DNA of 38,137 nt. It comes from a virus (taxonomy: Duplodnaviria; Caudoviricetes). Location: IMG/VR virus record IMGVR_UViG_3300037424_000885, positions 1-38,137 of that record. One strand, given 5' to 3'. Below, one piece after another: positions 26,321 to 35,083 of the stretch. A program made the translations under genes and the position numbers. Position 1 is the first letter of the stretch; each line of letters opens with the position of its first letter. The notes under the pieces are model-generated. The model did not search any database. It was not told the origin of the DNA and saw only the letters and a list, made by a program, of their open reading frames with translations.

Positions 26321-27855
26321 TAGTAAATTCTCCAATTTTTAATTAAACTATCGTTATCAAGCTCTTTATATTCTTCTTCATCTGAACCTGATGCGTCAAA
26401 ATCTTCAGGATCAAAATATTCTGCGTTTAACTCTAATAGCTCCACAATATATGCAAGAGCGTCCATAACATCCCAAAGTTTTGACCTGGGAAAACCCATA
26501 AGCTGGCCTTCAAGTTTCGCGCATTCAAGCTCGTTATGATAGATATACCCCTGCCGATAGTAAGGAATCAATCCAGTTATTCGTTCCTCTTTTGATGCCC
26601 TGGCATTTAATGATACCCAATTAGGGAAAATACCCTTAATGCGCATCTGATTTTTAAACGGTTGTGTTATAAATTCATTTAAGCTCGTTACCTCAACAGC
26701 AAGAGTGTTTGCTCGTAACTCCTTACATAACTCTAAAGAAGCATCATATAATTCATCTGGATACATCTTTCCTGAAACAACACGTCGAACATATATCTTA
26801 TGATCAGTCCTGCTAACTCCAATTCCAACAATAGCCGAATCAGCCGAATGAAGTTTGACCGTCTTTGCAGGATCTACGATTACAACATTTCTGAGATTTC
26901 TAAACTCAGCGGAACTCCCGAGTTCTACCTCATTATAATGCTTAAAATACTCTGGAAGAAAACTTGCATCTTCCTTTGAAATAGGAATATTTCTAAACTC
27001 CCTGTAAAAAACGTCCATCATGCCCTTCTCACGATGTGCCGTTACCTCCAATGCTATTTCCTCATCACTAATCATTGAAGGGGCATTGGACTTAAATTCG
27101 TCATTACAAAGCTCTTGGCGTACACCTACCCATCCAGGCGTAGACAACAAATCCTCAAGGAGAGAATCTTCATGTTTCAGGGTGTCAATATAGATTATCT
27201 GCCATTTTTTTTCAACACGGCTTACACACTTAACAAGATCTGCCCAAAACCATTCTTTTCTAGAAAGACGGATTGCATCATTAGTGATAGTCTTTGCCTC
27301 TTCCAGATCATCTACCACTATTAAGTCTGGGCGTGCGTTGCCATATAAAACACCACGGATCTGCTGTCCACTACCCCGAGGATAAACAAGTGTGTTGAAT
27401 AGATTCCCGCTACTATCCTGTGTACCAACACTTGCAACCCACGCTCGTTTAGAAAAAGTCTCGTCCATTCCAGTCAGATTTTTAGACTTAATTGAACCAA
27501 ATAGGTTCTTTACCATAGGATTTGCCAGTAATTCCCGCTTTAAGTTGTCAGTCTGTAACTCAGCACTACCACTTGACTGCGACACATAGGCAATAAAACG
27601 ACATTGCTGGAAAAGCATCTTACGGGCGGTAAGCGCTAACCCAACAATAGATGTTTTTCCAATTCCACGGGGGGCGGCAATAGCTATCTTCTGTTCACCA
27701 GAATCGACTAACTCAAAAATCTCATCATGCAGCGGTGAAAACTCTGCACTAAAGCGTTCAGGAAAAAACAACTTGGCCATAAATTTTGTGGAGTTTGCAC
27801 ACATTGCCATGATGTCTATAAGGTCAGACTTGGTTAGGTCATCCAACTCAAGCAT
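26320..27855 (-). CDS. terL: terminase large subunit
   Basis: Walker A APRGIGKT, Walker B LIVVDDLE, nuclease IVDPA...DSA and DVMDALAY. Start 27855 (or 27894). Confidence 0.93.
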   Translation of the reverse strand: MLELDDLTKSDLIDIMAMCANSTKFMAKLFFPERFSAEFSPLHDEIFELVDSGEQKIAIAAPRGIGKTSIVGLALTARKMLFQQCRFIAYVSQSSGSAELQTDNLKRELLANPMVKNLFGSIKSKNLTGMDETFSKRAWVASVGTQDSSGNLFNTLVYPRGSGQQIRGVLYGNARPDLIVVDDLEEAKTITNDAIRLSRKEWFWADLVKCVSRVEKKWQIIYIDTLKHEDSLLEDLLSTPGWVGVRQELCNDEFKSNAPSMISDEEIALEVTAHREKGMMDVFYREFRNIPISKEDASFLPEYFKHYNEVELGSSAEFRNLRNVVIVDPAKTVKLHSADSAIVGIGVSRTDHKIYVRRVVSGKMYPDELYDASLELCKELRANTLAVEVTSLNEFITQPFKNQMRIKGIFPNWVSLNARASKEERITGLIPYYRQGYIYHNELECAKLEGQLMGFPRSKLWDVMDALAYIVELLELNAEYFDPEDFDASGSDEEEYKELDNDSLIKNWRIY

Positions 27856-27875
27856 GCGAAAAACTCCAAAAAAGA

Positions 27876-28106
27876 TTAAACATTCCGACGACAAATAGTC
27901 TCAACAATCACCTGTAAACCTGTCATAGCCCTAGTGTTGTTTTCCACAATATCTATTAATTCCCGTCTCTGCTGCCTAGCCTCCTCATCCCGCAAGTTAA
28001 GCCGGTGGTCAAATCTTATTACAATAAAGACAAGAGACGCAGCCATAAAACTATCAACACCATAATCGGTAAGTATGTTTAATAAAACTGTGATAATATC
28101 TTGCAC
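27876..28106 (-). CDS. small membrane protein, holin-like
   Basis: N-terminal hydrophobic segment, then coiled coil (IVENNTRAMTGL). Confidence 0.5.
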   Translation of the reverse strand: MQDIITVLLNILTDYGVDSFMAASLVFIVIRFDHRLNLRDEEARQQRRELIDIVENNTRAMTGLQVIVETICRRNV

Positions 28107-28610
28107 TTATAGCCTCCCCTCGTACGTTAACTTTGCACCAGCAATTGATAGAAAATTAATAAAGTCTTGTGGCGATACGTGAGAAGCGTTGATATCCCAA
28201 CCAAATTCTTTAATGAGTGGTAAAACACACCCCTCAGAACAAAATAGCCGATTAGAGTTAGGCCGAATCACCTTGAAAACAAATGCTAAAACTCCAAACC
28301 AATCGTACCTCACCTGCTCCTCGGCAATAATTCTGAAATGCTCACGTATACTGATCCGCTGAGCCAGAGTTACTTCTAGTTCCCAGATCTCATAGAAAGT
28401 CCCAGGAGAGTGTGCACTAAAAGATGAAAAACCCCAACGCTGAAAAGGGTTATCTCTAGAAGGCCAACACTCAACCAACAAGTCGTCTCCACAATAAAGG
28501 AATGCAATATGTGAATACTTCTTACTGCGAGTTGCAAAACGAATAAGCTTAGAAACTAAACTCTTTCCACGGAAGGCCACGAAGGCGCATACTCGACTAT
28601 GCTCTGGCAT
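28107..28610 (-). CDS. permuted papain-like NlpC/P60 (YiiX/YebB-like) amidase
   Basis: SKLIRFAT..YSHIA, YDWFGV and FCSE: His before Cys, the permuted catalytic order. Confidence 0.8.
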   Translation of the reverse strand: MPEHSRVCAFVAFRGKSLVSKLIRFATRSKKYSHIAFLYCGDDLLVECWPSRDNPFQRWGFSSFSAHSPGTFYEIWELEVTLAQRISIREHFRIIAEEQVRYDWFGVLAFVFKVIRPNSNRLFCSEGCVLPLIKEFGWDINASHVSPQDFINFLSIAGAKLTYEGRL

Positions 28611-28612
28611 TA

Positions 28613-29107
28613 TTATTCCTCTGGGGTTACGTCGATAATTCCATTCTCAGCCGCGATCTGTTTCGCCCTATTTTTAATGATAGCAAGATCGTTAGCAGTA
28701 AAGTGCCCGTGTAAATGGTTAACCTGTTGCGGCGCAGCATTCCCAGATCTGTCTAATGCGTCCTTAGCAGCATTAAAACGTACTCCAAGAGGGGCGTCGG
28801 GATTCTCCAAAATCTCACGCATTACTTTTAACGCCTTAGGCGCAAGCTCCTCTATCTCTTTTTGTATCGAAATAACTTCATCATTCGCTGTGGCATGCAT
28901 AGCCTTTAGTTTATCCTGGACTATAGGAGAATTACGAACACTGGAAACCTGCTCCTTAGTCACGCCAAGAATATTTGCTATTTGCGTGTTTTTCTGACCA
29001 AGAAATATTCTCCGTGTTATCTGGTGATGGACGTCCCACATGTCGGTGACTGACCAAGAAGTCTTCTCTTCACTTGGTTTAAAACGCCGGTCTGTCCGAG
29101 GAGACAT
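28613..29107 (-). CDS. putative terminase small subunit (HTH)
   Basis: NTQIANILGVTKEQVSSV HTH, VRFNAAKDALDRSG motif, IDVTP C-terminus. Upstream of TerL. Confidence 0.7.
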   Translation of the reverse strand: MSPRTDRRFKPSEEKTSWSVTDMWDVHHQITRRIFLGQKNTQIANILGVTKEQVSSVRNSPIVQDKLKAMHATANDEVISIQKEIEELAPKALKVMREILENPDAPLGVRFNAAKDALDRSGNAAPQQVNHLHGHFTANDLAIIKNRAKQIAAENGIIDVTPEE

Positions 29108-29110
29108 ATA

Positions 29111-29611
29111 CTACTCCTCAGATAAAGGAACAGATGAACTCTGGACAGCAGTATTGCTGTCTCCAGTCGCGTGAGTCTCTGTCGAATTGAATGATTCCCG
29201 GACCTCCATATTCTCAGAATTAAGACTGATATTTCCAGCCGCTTGAAGACCGCGCTCTGCTATCTTGTAAGTGGTAGCACCCATCGTGACAAAAGGGATG
29301 AAACCAACAGCAGTGTTCAAAACATCCATTCCGGTTGTAGGGGCTGTTAGGGGGAGGGGTTGAAAATGCAAGCGCTCAATCTGTAGCATGCCAATCACAG
29401 AAAGAAGGGTGGCTTCAGTGGCACTCTGGGCTCTGGCTTGTGATACTGCCTCAACTATAGCCTTTGATTGAGAATCAATTCGCCTAGACTCTGCCTCTGA
29501 ATGTGCAGATAGGGCGGTTGTGTAACTCTCGTAATCACCAGTATAAAAACAACCAGATAAGGGCAATACCAAAAATATCATTACCACAATAGCAAAAAAA
29601 TACTTGAACAT
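29111..29611 (-). CDS. lipoprotein of unknown function
   Basis: GGAGG SD. MFK plus hydrophobic core plus LSGC lipobox. Confidence 0.75.
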   Translation of the reverse strand: MFKYFFAIVVMIFLVLPLSGCFYTGDYESYTTALSAHSEAESRRIDSQSKAIVEAVSQARAQSATEATLLSVIGMLQIERLHFQPLPLTAPTTGMDVLNTAVGFIPFVTMGATTYKIAERGLQAAGNISLNSENMEVRESFNSTETHATGDSNTAVQSSSVPLSEE

Positions 29612-29647
29612 ATAGCCTCCATAGTCGTTTTTTTTGGTGTCTTATTT

Positions 29648-29676
29648 ATTGTACTGTTATTGAAGAGAGATGTCAA
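29648..29676 (-). promoter_or_regulatory. sigma-70 promoter of the morphogenesis operon
   Basis: Minus strand TTGACA-17 bp-TACAAT, about 35 bp upstream of the first gene. Confidence 0.8.
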
Positions 29677-29955
29677 TATATGAATGTCACCAAATGTATT
29701 TTTTGGGAAATTTTGTGAGGGGGGTACACACGGGGAAAACACGAATACATACCCCCCATTCGCCCCCGCAGGTTAAATGAGTAATTTTTATACACTGGAT
29801 AGAAACTACCCACCCCTTAACACCGCGAAACCACACGATATCTTCACACACCTGCGTAAAAACTACTCATCAGACACATTGTCCGACAAGCTGGTTGGGA
29901 CAAAAAAGAAGCGGGCAGTAGCCCAACCCACTGAAACTATTATAAATATTATTTC

Positions 29956-29971
29956 TGGCATGGGGTTTGCT
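29956..29971 (+). promoter_or_regulatory. sigma-54 (-24/-12) promoter
   Basis: TGGCATGGGGTTTGCT: GG-N10-GC with TGGCA and TTGCT consensus flanks, 70 bp before ATG 30041. Confidence 0.75.
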
Positions 29972-30040
29972 ATAGTACTGGCACTTGTCACCAATTGGCC
30001 TGGTGGCATTAGAAAAACAAATCAACCGAAAGAGGGCATC

Positions 30041-30247
30041 ATGAAAAATTTAGACTTTGTAAAAAAAGAAATAAGGGAAGAGATTAACCAGGTACTAGCT
30101 GATCCTGCAACTTCCAACTTTGAAAAAGAGATTATCCGGCAAGGCTTAAGTATGGATACACTGGACGCGTACTATGCATCTAGACATGCAAGCCAGCTGC
30201 TGAAAAAAGTTATGGACGATCTCCTTAACTATGCAATAGCCAGTTAA
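30041..30247 (+). CDS. hypothetical early protein
   Basis: GAGGG SD before ATG 30041. The upstream extension in the ORF track runs across the promoter. Confidence 0.7.
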   Translation: MKNLDFVKKEIREEINQVLADPATSNFEKEIIRQGLSMDTLDAYYASRHASQLLKKVMDDLLNYAIAS

Positions 30248-30328
30248 ACACAAACAGCAGGGGAAAGAAATGAACATGCAACGAGTCGTAAAGGTTAAAA
30301 GCACAGTCTACGAAGGGGAGGCCGACGT

Positions 30329-30724
30329 ATGAAATACTTTGGTATGAGCGATGAGCCCAAATATCTGATCGGTGACGAGTATCTGCCGATGGCCAAGATG
30401 TACTGGGGAGTTTGGCCGCTCCCCAAAGGGGCAAAGATCATTGGCGGGTTTAGCGATGATCACCGAGCCGGGGCGCTGATAGAGCTGGCAAGCAGTAACT
30501 GGACTTGCGGCAACGCTGGGGCACATAGCAACGTGTATAAAAAACGAGCAGGACGCCCGGAAGATATGACCGGCGAAAAAAGGCGCAATGTGTACCTTGA
30601 CGATGCGATTTGGGCTAAGGCCGTTGAGCTCGGTAAAGGCAGCGCCAGTGATGGAATTAGAGTGGCGCTGGCAAGTTTCGCGCGGAAAGAGATCAACAAA
30701 ATTTTGACAGGAGAAAAACAATGA
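30329..30724 (+). CDS. protein with C-terminal ribbon-helix-helix-like DNA-binding domain
   Basis: GGGGAGG SD. GRP...RRNVYLDDAIWAKAVELGKGSASDGIRVAL. Confidence 0.7.
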   Translation: MKYFGMSDEPKYLIGDEYLPMAKMYWGVWPLPKGAKIIGGFSDDHRAGALIELASSNWTCGNAGAHSNVYKKRAGRPEDMTGEKRRNVYLDDAIWAKAVELGKGSASDGIRVALASFARKEINKILTGEKQ

Positions 30725-30873
30725 AAACAACACTTTGGATATTTATCGCTTGGCTGGCTACCCTGATTGTAGGTATCTACCATATCAACAAGTGGCAAGA
30801 CGCCATGATGGGGGATATGTTAGGTAAAATACATGAGCGTCAACAACAACTCGTAGAGAGCCTGAAGAGATAA
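30721..30873 (+). CDS. 50-aa membrane peptide (below ORF-track cutoff)
   Basis: AGGAG SD, ATGA coupling. MKTTLWIFIAWLATLIVGIYHINKW... Confidence 0.6.
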   Translation: MKTTLWIFIAWLATLIVGIYHINKWQDAMMGDMLGKIHERQQQLVESLKR

Positions 30874-30883
30874 GGGGGGTAAA

Positions 30884-31237
30884 ATGAAATCAACAATGCC
30901 AGCACGAAGGTGCGAAATAGCGGCGAAAAACTTTTTCAGACTGGCGATATACGCAGCTAGGCACGGAGGGTTTGTCGTCTCAGAATGCGGCGGGACAGCA
31001 AATATCATAGTAGGGATACTCTCGGAAAAAACTGGGGTAACATATAAGGAAGCACACGCTATATTGAACAGTGCCGGGAAAAAGGTGTTAAGCGATACAT
31101 GGTACTGTGACCTTGCTTTGAATCAGCCTTGGCATTGGCTCGGAGCTAGAGAGGACGAAGCAAGGTGGAATATTAGAACAATCACAAAGGCGGCATGCAA
31201 ACTCACCACAAAGGGGATGCCAAAGCGGTTAAAATAG
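30884..31237 (+). CDS. hypothetical protein
   Basis: AAGGGGG SD. 117-aa ORF. Confidence 0.65.
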   Translation: MKSTMPARRCEIAAKNFFRLAIYAARHGGFVVSECGGTANIIVGILSEKTGVTYKEAHAILNSAGKKVLSDTWYCDLALNQPWHWLGAREDEARWNIRTITKAACKLTTKGMPKRLK

Positions 31238-31251
31238 TTAATGGTGTTCGT

Positions 31252-31455
31252 GTTAACCGTATTGTCCGTATTAACTGTTTTTTGCTACCCCTTGCCTGGA
31301 CATTATTGTTTGTTAAGAATATTAATATTTTAATAATTACTTAAATAAAAAAAAAAAAATAATTAATTAATTAAATAAATATAAAACACCAAGTCAACAA
31401 AAGGTAGGGGGGTAAAAAAATGAACAATACGAACAATACGAACAATACAGTTAAC
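31252..31455. repeat. origin-like element: AT-rich core flanked by inverted iteron-like repeats
   Basis: GTTAACCGTATTGTCCGTATT (31252-31272) is an imperfect inverse of AATACGAACAATACAGTTAAC (31435-31455). 3x GAACAATAC at 31422-31448. Almost pure A/T at about 31313-31386. Confidence 0.7.
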
Positions 31456-31605
31456 GGTAACTATTATAAAGTCTATATAAAAAATGTTCCTACACTCACT
31501 GTGTGGGCGAGAAGCACACAGGAGGCACGCCTTTTTTTAGAAAACCGTCTTCATGGACGTGGTCGAAAACCTATTTATTATTCTCGTGTAATTAAATTAA
31601 CTTGA
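31420..31605 (+). CDS. hypothetical protein (start uncertain, overlaps repeats)
   Basis: 61-aa ORF. The N-terminal NNT repeats are the translation of the DNA repeat. Confidence 0.45.
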   Translation: MNNTNNTNNTVNGNYYKVYIKNVPTLTVWARSTQEARLFLENRLHGRGRKPIYYSRVIKLT

Positions 31606-31615
31606 GGTAAAAAAG

Positions 31616-31867
31616 ATGAAATTAGAGAGAATAAAAAAAAGACAAGCAGAGATTAAGAAACGGCTCATAGATTTGAATAACTGTAAGTTTTTTTGCTACT
31701 TAGAGAAGCAAGAGCTCCGTGCGGAATATCTTGCTTTAGAGGAAATGCGTTACACGTTATCAGGTGGCAAAATATCTAAAGTACCATCGAGAAAGTCTCC
31801 TAGTGTTTTCTGGGGAGATATATTAGAGTTGATAGAGCGTTTTGGATCATGCACACCGGCACGTTAA
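31616..31867 (+). CDS. hypothetical protein
   Basis: GAGGT SD. 83 aa. Confidence 0.65.
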   Translation: MKLERIKKRQAEIKKRLIDLNNCKFFCYLEKQELRAEYLALEEMRYTLSGGKISKVPSRKSPSVFWGDILELIERFGSCTPAR

Positions 31868-31882
31868 ACATGGAGGTGTAAA

Positions 31883-32107
31883 ATGGGGAAAAAAGATTGC
31901 AGTGACTGTAAACACAGGACGGCCTACGAGGCCGTTAAAAACCGAGGCCATAAAATTTTCATTTGTTCAGCAGATGGATGGGAGGAAGGGGAAGGTGGCT
32001 CCTTTTATTTAATGGAAGTCAGTTATTTTGATACAGAGGAATGTCTTTGGTTTTCTTCGGCATCTATACAAGAAATAAAAAAGGAGGAAAATTATGGATG
32101 TCAATAA
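31883..32107 (+). CDS. small Cys-containing hypothetical protein
   Basis: GGAGGTG SD. CSDC...C...C. Confidence 0.65.
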   Translation: MGKKDCSDCKHRTAYEAVKNRGHKIFICSADGWEEGEGGSFYLMEVSYFDTEECLWFSSASIQEIKKEENYGCQ

Positions 32108-32879
32108 GATAAGAGGAGCACTCTCTAGACACAAAAAAGTAGATGTAGAAAAATATGTAAATCATATTTGGTCTCTATCTGCTGGGGGGAAAAATCCGTG
32201 GATTAATGAAAAATCGGACGAATATTTAATAGCAACGTACGAAAACGTTGCAGCTACAGGGTTAACGTTTGATGGTAATCACATAACTTTGCAGAAAACA
32301 GGTGTCTCTTTTGATTATCAGGCCTATAAAAATAAGATGCTGCTTGTATATCCTGAATCAAATATTGACGTGGAACTGGTGTATACTGGTGATATTTTCA
32401 CATTTACTAAAGACTCAGGGCAAGTGCTTTATAAGCACGAGATAAAGGATCCATTTGGTCACACAGACGATCAGATTGTGGGTGGGTATTGCGTTGTAAA
32501 AAACAGGCGTGGCAATTTTTTGACACTACTTACACGTGCGGAAATAGACAAACACCGCAAGGTTGCAAGGACAGATTATATTTGGTCTGCCTGGTTTGTT
32601 GAGATGGCGCGAAAAACTGTCATAAAAAAAGCGTGTAAGAATCATTTTGAAGACATATTTCAGCGGATCAATGATGTTGATAACGAGTCGATAAACCTGG
32701 AGAACCCTCTCGACATAGACGTGAAAGTGAAAGGGGAAATCGAAGGAATAGCGACAATAGAAGAATTACACAAGTATTGGCTCGCTAACCATGATGACCA
32801 CAAAGCCAACGCAAGAAGCTTTAACCTTTTAGTTTCCAACAGAAAAGCAGAACTGGAGGGTAGTAATGGAGATAGTTAA
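32094..32879 (+). CDS. recT: RecT-family single-strand annealing protein
   Basis: IVGGYCVV, EIDKHR and W...EMARKTVIKKACK motifs. Paired with an exonuclease. Confidence 0.8.
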   Translation: MDVNKIRGALSRHKKVDVEKYVNHIWSLSAGGKNPWINEKSDEYLIATYENVAATGLTFDGNHITLQKTGVSFDYQAYKNKMLLVYPESNIDVELVYTGDIFTFTKDSGQVLYKHEIKDPFGHTDDQIVGGYCVVKNRRGNFLTLLTRAEIDKHRKVARTDYIWSAWFVEMARKTVIKKACKNHFEDIFQRINDVDNESINLENPLDIDVKVKGEIEGIATIEELHKYWLANHDDHKANARSFNLLVSNRKAELEGSNGDS

Positions 32880-33483
32880 CTGTATACAGGGATCCGACGA
32901 ATGGCGGAAACTGAGATCTCTTCGTATGGGAGCAAGCGACGCTCAAGCTATTGCCGCGAATGGAAAAGGTCTCGAGTCTTGTATTCGTGAAAAGATGCGG
33001 GAATATTTTTCTGCAAACGGAGAACAAGGTTTTACAAATAGCAATATGGAAAACGGTATAGAGCTTGAGGCAACAGCAGCAATGCTGTATGAGTTTAAAA
33101 CAGGGCTTAAAACACACAAGGTAGGCTATGTCATACATTCTCCCCACGTTGGGTGTTCTCCTGATCGTGCAGTAGGGCAAAAGGGTTTGATCGAAATCAA
33201 ATGTCCTACGAACAAGGTTTATTTTGATCTTCTGCTTGATAATATCATAGACACAAAATATCAATGGCAAATGCAAATGCAGCTGTTGATCTGCAAAAGA
33301 GAATGGTGTGATTATGTTGTTTACAATCCTAATTTTGCGGATCAGCTCGTAATAATAAGAGTGGAGCCTGACGAAGAAAAATTCAAGAAATTGGAGGTAG
33401 GTTTTGAGGCATGTAGCAGACGTATCAAAGAGATTCTGTATCGTTTTGAACGAGACAACGACGAAAAGGAGAAAAAATGTTAA
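32866..33483 (+). CDS. YqaJ/lambda-type exonuclease
   Basis: QGSDEW..LR, GASD, GIELE, SPD, EIKCP and YQWQMQ motifs. Confidence 0.9.
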   Translation: MEIVNCIQGSDEWRKLRSLRMGASDAQAIAANGKGLESCIREKMREYFSANGEQGFTNSNMENGIELEATAAMLYEFKTGLKTHKVGYVIHSPHVGCSPDRAVGQKGLIEIKCPTNKVYFDLLLDNIIDTKYQWQMQMQLLICKREWCDYVVYNPNFADQLVIIRVEPDEEKFKKLEVGFEACSRRIKEILYRFERDNDEKEKKC

Positions 33484-33884
33484 ATAAATGCATACTGATC
33501 GGCAATCTTGGAGCCGACCCTGAAATCCGTTATACTAAAGAAAGCATGCCAGTCGCCACTTTCTCTATTGCCACAACTGAACGATGGGCAGATAAAAGTG
33601 GAAACAAAAAAGAGTCTACAGAGTGGCACCGTGTTGTAGCTTGGAATAAGCTAGCTGAGATTTGTGGCGAGCACCTAAAAAAGGGCGCAAAGGTGTATAT
33701 CGAGGGTAAGATACAAACTCGCAAATGGCAAGATAAAAATGGTAACGACAAGTATACTACTGAGGTTATCGCCCGTGAGATGAAAATGCTTGATTCCAGC
33801 GGTGGCAATACAGGTGGCGGAAATACCGGTGCTGATGCTCCGCCACCAGCTCCTAGTTACACTGGTGATGATGTACCCTTTTAA
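33477..33884 (+). CDS. ssb: single-stranded DNA-binding protein
   Basis: NKCILIGNLGADPE, TEWHRVV, VYIEGKIQTRKW and C-terminal DDVPF. Confidence 0.97.
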   Translation: MLNKCILIGNLGADPEIRYTKESMPVATFSIATTERWADKSGNKKESTEWHRVVAWNKLAEICGEHLKKGAKVYIEGKIQTRKWQDKNGNDKYTTEVIAREMKMLDSSGGNTGGGNTGADAPPPAPSYTGDDVPF

Positions 33885-33898
33885 ATGGATTTTAACTC

Positions 33899-34096
33899 AT
33901 GAAAAGAGATAAAATACAATTTAAAGTAGGGGAAAGTGTTATCTTGCGACAAGATGATACTGAGATCAGTGGTACTGTGATTAAAATATTGCCAATGATG
34001 AAATGGGGTGAAAAAACGAAATACGAAGTAGCTGTAGGCTCAATGATATATACTGTTTGCAACGATGAGATAAAAAGAAATGGCTGGTTATTCTAA
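33899..34096 (+). CDS. small SH3/KOW-like hypothetical protein
   Basis: FKVGESV...GTVIKI...YEV pattern. Confidence 0.55.
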   Translation: MKRDKIQFKVGESVILRQDDTEISGTVIKILPMMKWGEKTKYEVAVGSMIYTVCNDEIKRNGWLF

Positions 34097-34097
34097 A

Positions 34098-34126
34098 TTG
34101 ACAAAAACAAGCAAACAGTGTATTTT
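34098..34126 (+). promoter_or_regulatory. sigma-70 promoter of the replication genes
   Basis: TTGACA-17 bp-TATTTT, directly before a structured leader. Confidence 0.75.
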
Positions 34127-34131
34127 AAATA

Positions 34132-34184
34132 GTGCGGCTACCTTTAGCGGGGGAACCATGGGCCTCAAGCACCCATTGCCGCAC
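34132..34184 (+). ncRNA. structured leader RNA, c4/CI-antisense-like architecture
   Basis: Closing stem GTGCGGC/GCCGCAC. Inner ATGGG/CCCAT hairpin with loop CCTCAAGCA, complementary to two downstream GCTTG sites. Confidence 0.55.
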
Positions 34185-34222
34185 AAACTCTAGCTTGATA
34201 ACTTTTGCTTGGAGGTTTTCCT

Positions 34223-35083
34223 TTGATAACCCACTTCACTTTTTTTGCTAGTTACTACGACTCAGTAGAACATCTAGGAAAGGATATTAAAATTGAATTT
34301 TTTGACGCATTGCTAAAATATGCATTGCGTGACGAAATACCGGATAAATTGTCACCAACAGTGCAAGCCTTATTTATTATGGCAAAACCGAACGTTGATA
34401 AAAGTAAGGCCAGAAGTAAGGCTGGAGGTAAGGGTGGAAAGTCTAAAACAAGGCAAAAAACAAACGAATATCAAGAAGATATGGGACAAGAAGAAATAAC
34501 AGACGAAATATACTTGGATGAAGAAGAAAAAACAATTAAGCAAAACGAAATTTGCTTAAACGAAAAAGAAAGCAAAAGTAAGCAAAACAAAATTTGCTTA
34601 AACGAAAAAGAAAGCAAACTTAAGCAGGATTCATTTTGCTTAAACCAAAGTGTAAGCGATAAGGAGAAGGATAAGGAGAAGGATAAGGATAAGGAGAAGG
34701 AAAAAAAACAAAAACCCTCTATCACTTACAGTGATAATTTTGAGAGGTTTTGGAAAGAATACCCGAGAAAACAAGGAAAGGTAAAGGCATACCTTTCCTG
34801 GAAAAGACAGGGTTGCGATTCTATCATGGAAAAAATCATGACCTCCTTGGAATCGTTTAAACGTAGCGATGCCTGGAAAAAGGACAACGGGCAATACATC
34901 CCCCACGGCGTTACGTGGGTTAACGGAGCGAGATGGGAAGATGAAGTTGAGGCAAAGGAGGAAAAGTACTGCGGAACCTGCCGCGACTTTTGTAAACCAG
35001 GATCTCCAGACCATTGCCACAGAAACGGGGGGCAGAAAGCATGCAAGATGTACAATTTAGGCGAATTCCGCCTCACGACTTAG
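34223..35083 (+). CDS. phage replication initiator (DUF6291-like N-terminus, lambda O-analogous)
   Basis: GGAGG SD then TTG 34223. FTFFASYY...ALLKYA N-terminus, DKEK linker, FERFWKEYPRK...YIPH..TWVNGARWEDE C-terminus. Followed by DnaB. Confidence 0.85.
   Translation: MITHFTFFASYYDSVEHLGKDIKIEFFDALLKYALRDEIPDKLSPTVQALFIMAKPNVDKSKARSKAGGKGGKSKTRQKTNEYQEDMGQEEITDEIYLDEEEKTIKQNEICLNEKESKSKQNKICLNEKESKLKQDSFCLNQSVSDKEKDKEKDKDKEKEKKQKPSITYSDNFERFWKEYPRKQGKVKAYLSWKRQGCDSIMEKIMTSLESFKRSDAWKKDNGQYIPHGVTWVNGARWEDEVEAKEEKYCGTCRDFCKPGSPDHCHRNGGQKACKMYNLGEFRLTT
34537..34645 (+). repeat. 42-bp tandem repeats (iterons) inside the initiator gene
   Basis: Units start at 34537, 34579 and 34621 (partial). Each contains TAAGCA...TGCTTA dyad symmetry. 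Confidence 0.85.

Noticed and set aside
29777-30040. N-terminal extension of the 156-aa ORF
   Set aside because: Runs through the promoter/enhancer region. The SD-supported start is at 30041.
34658-34700. GATAAGGAGAAG short tandem repeat
   Set aside because: Encodes the low-complexity DKEK linker commonly seen in phage initiators.
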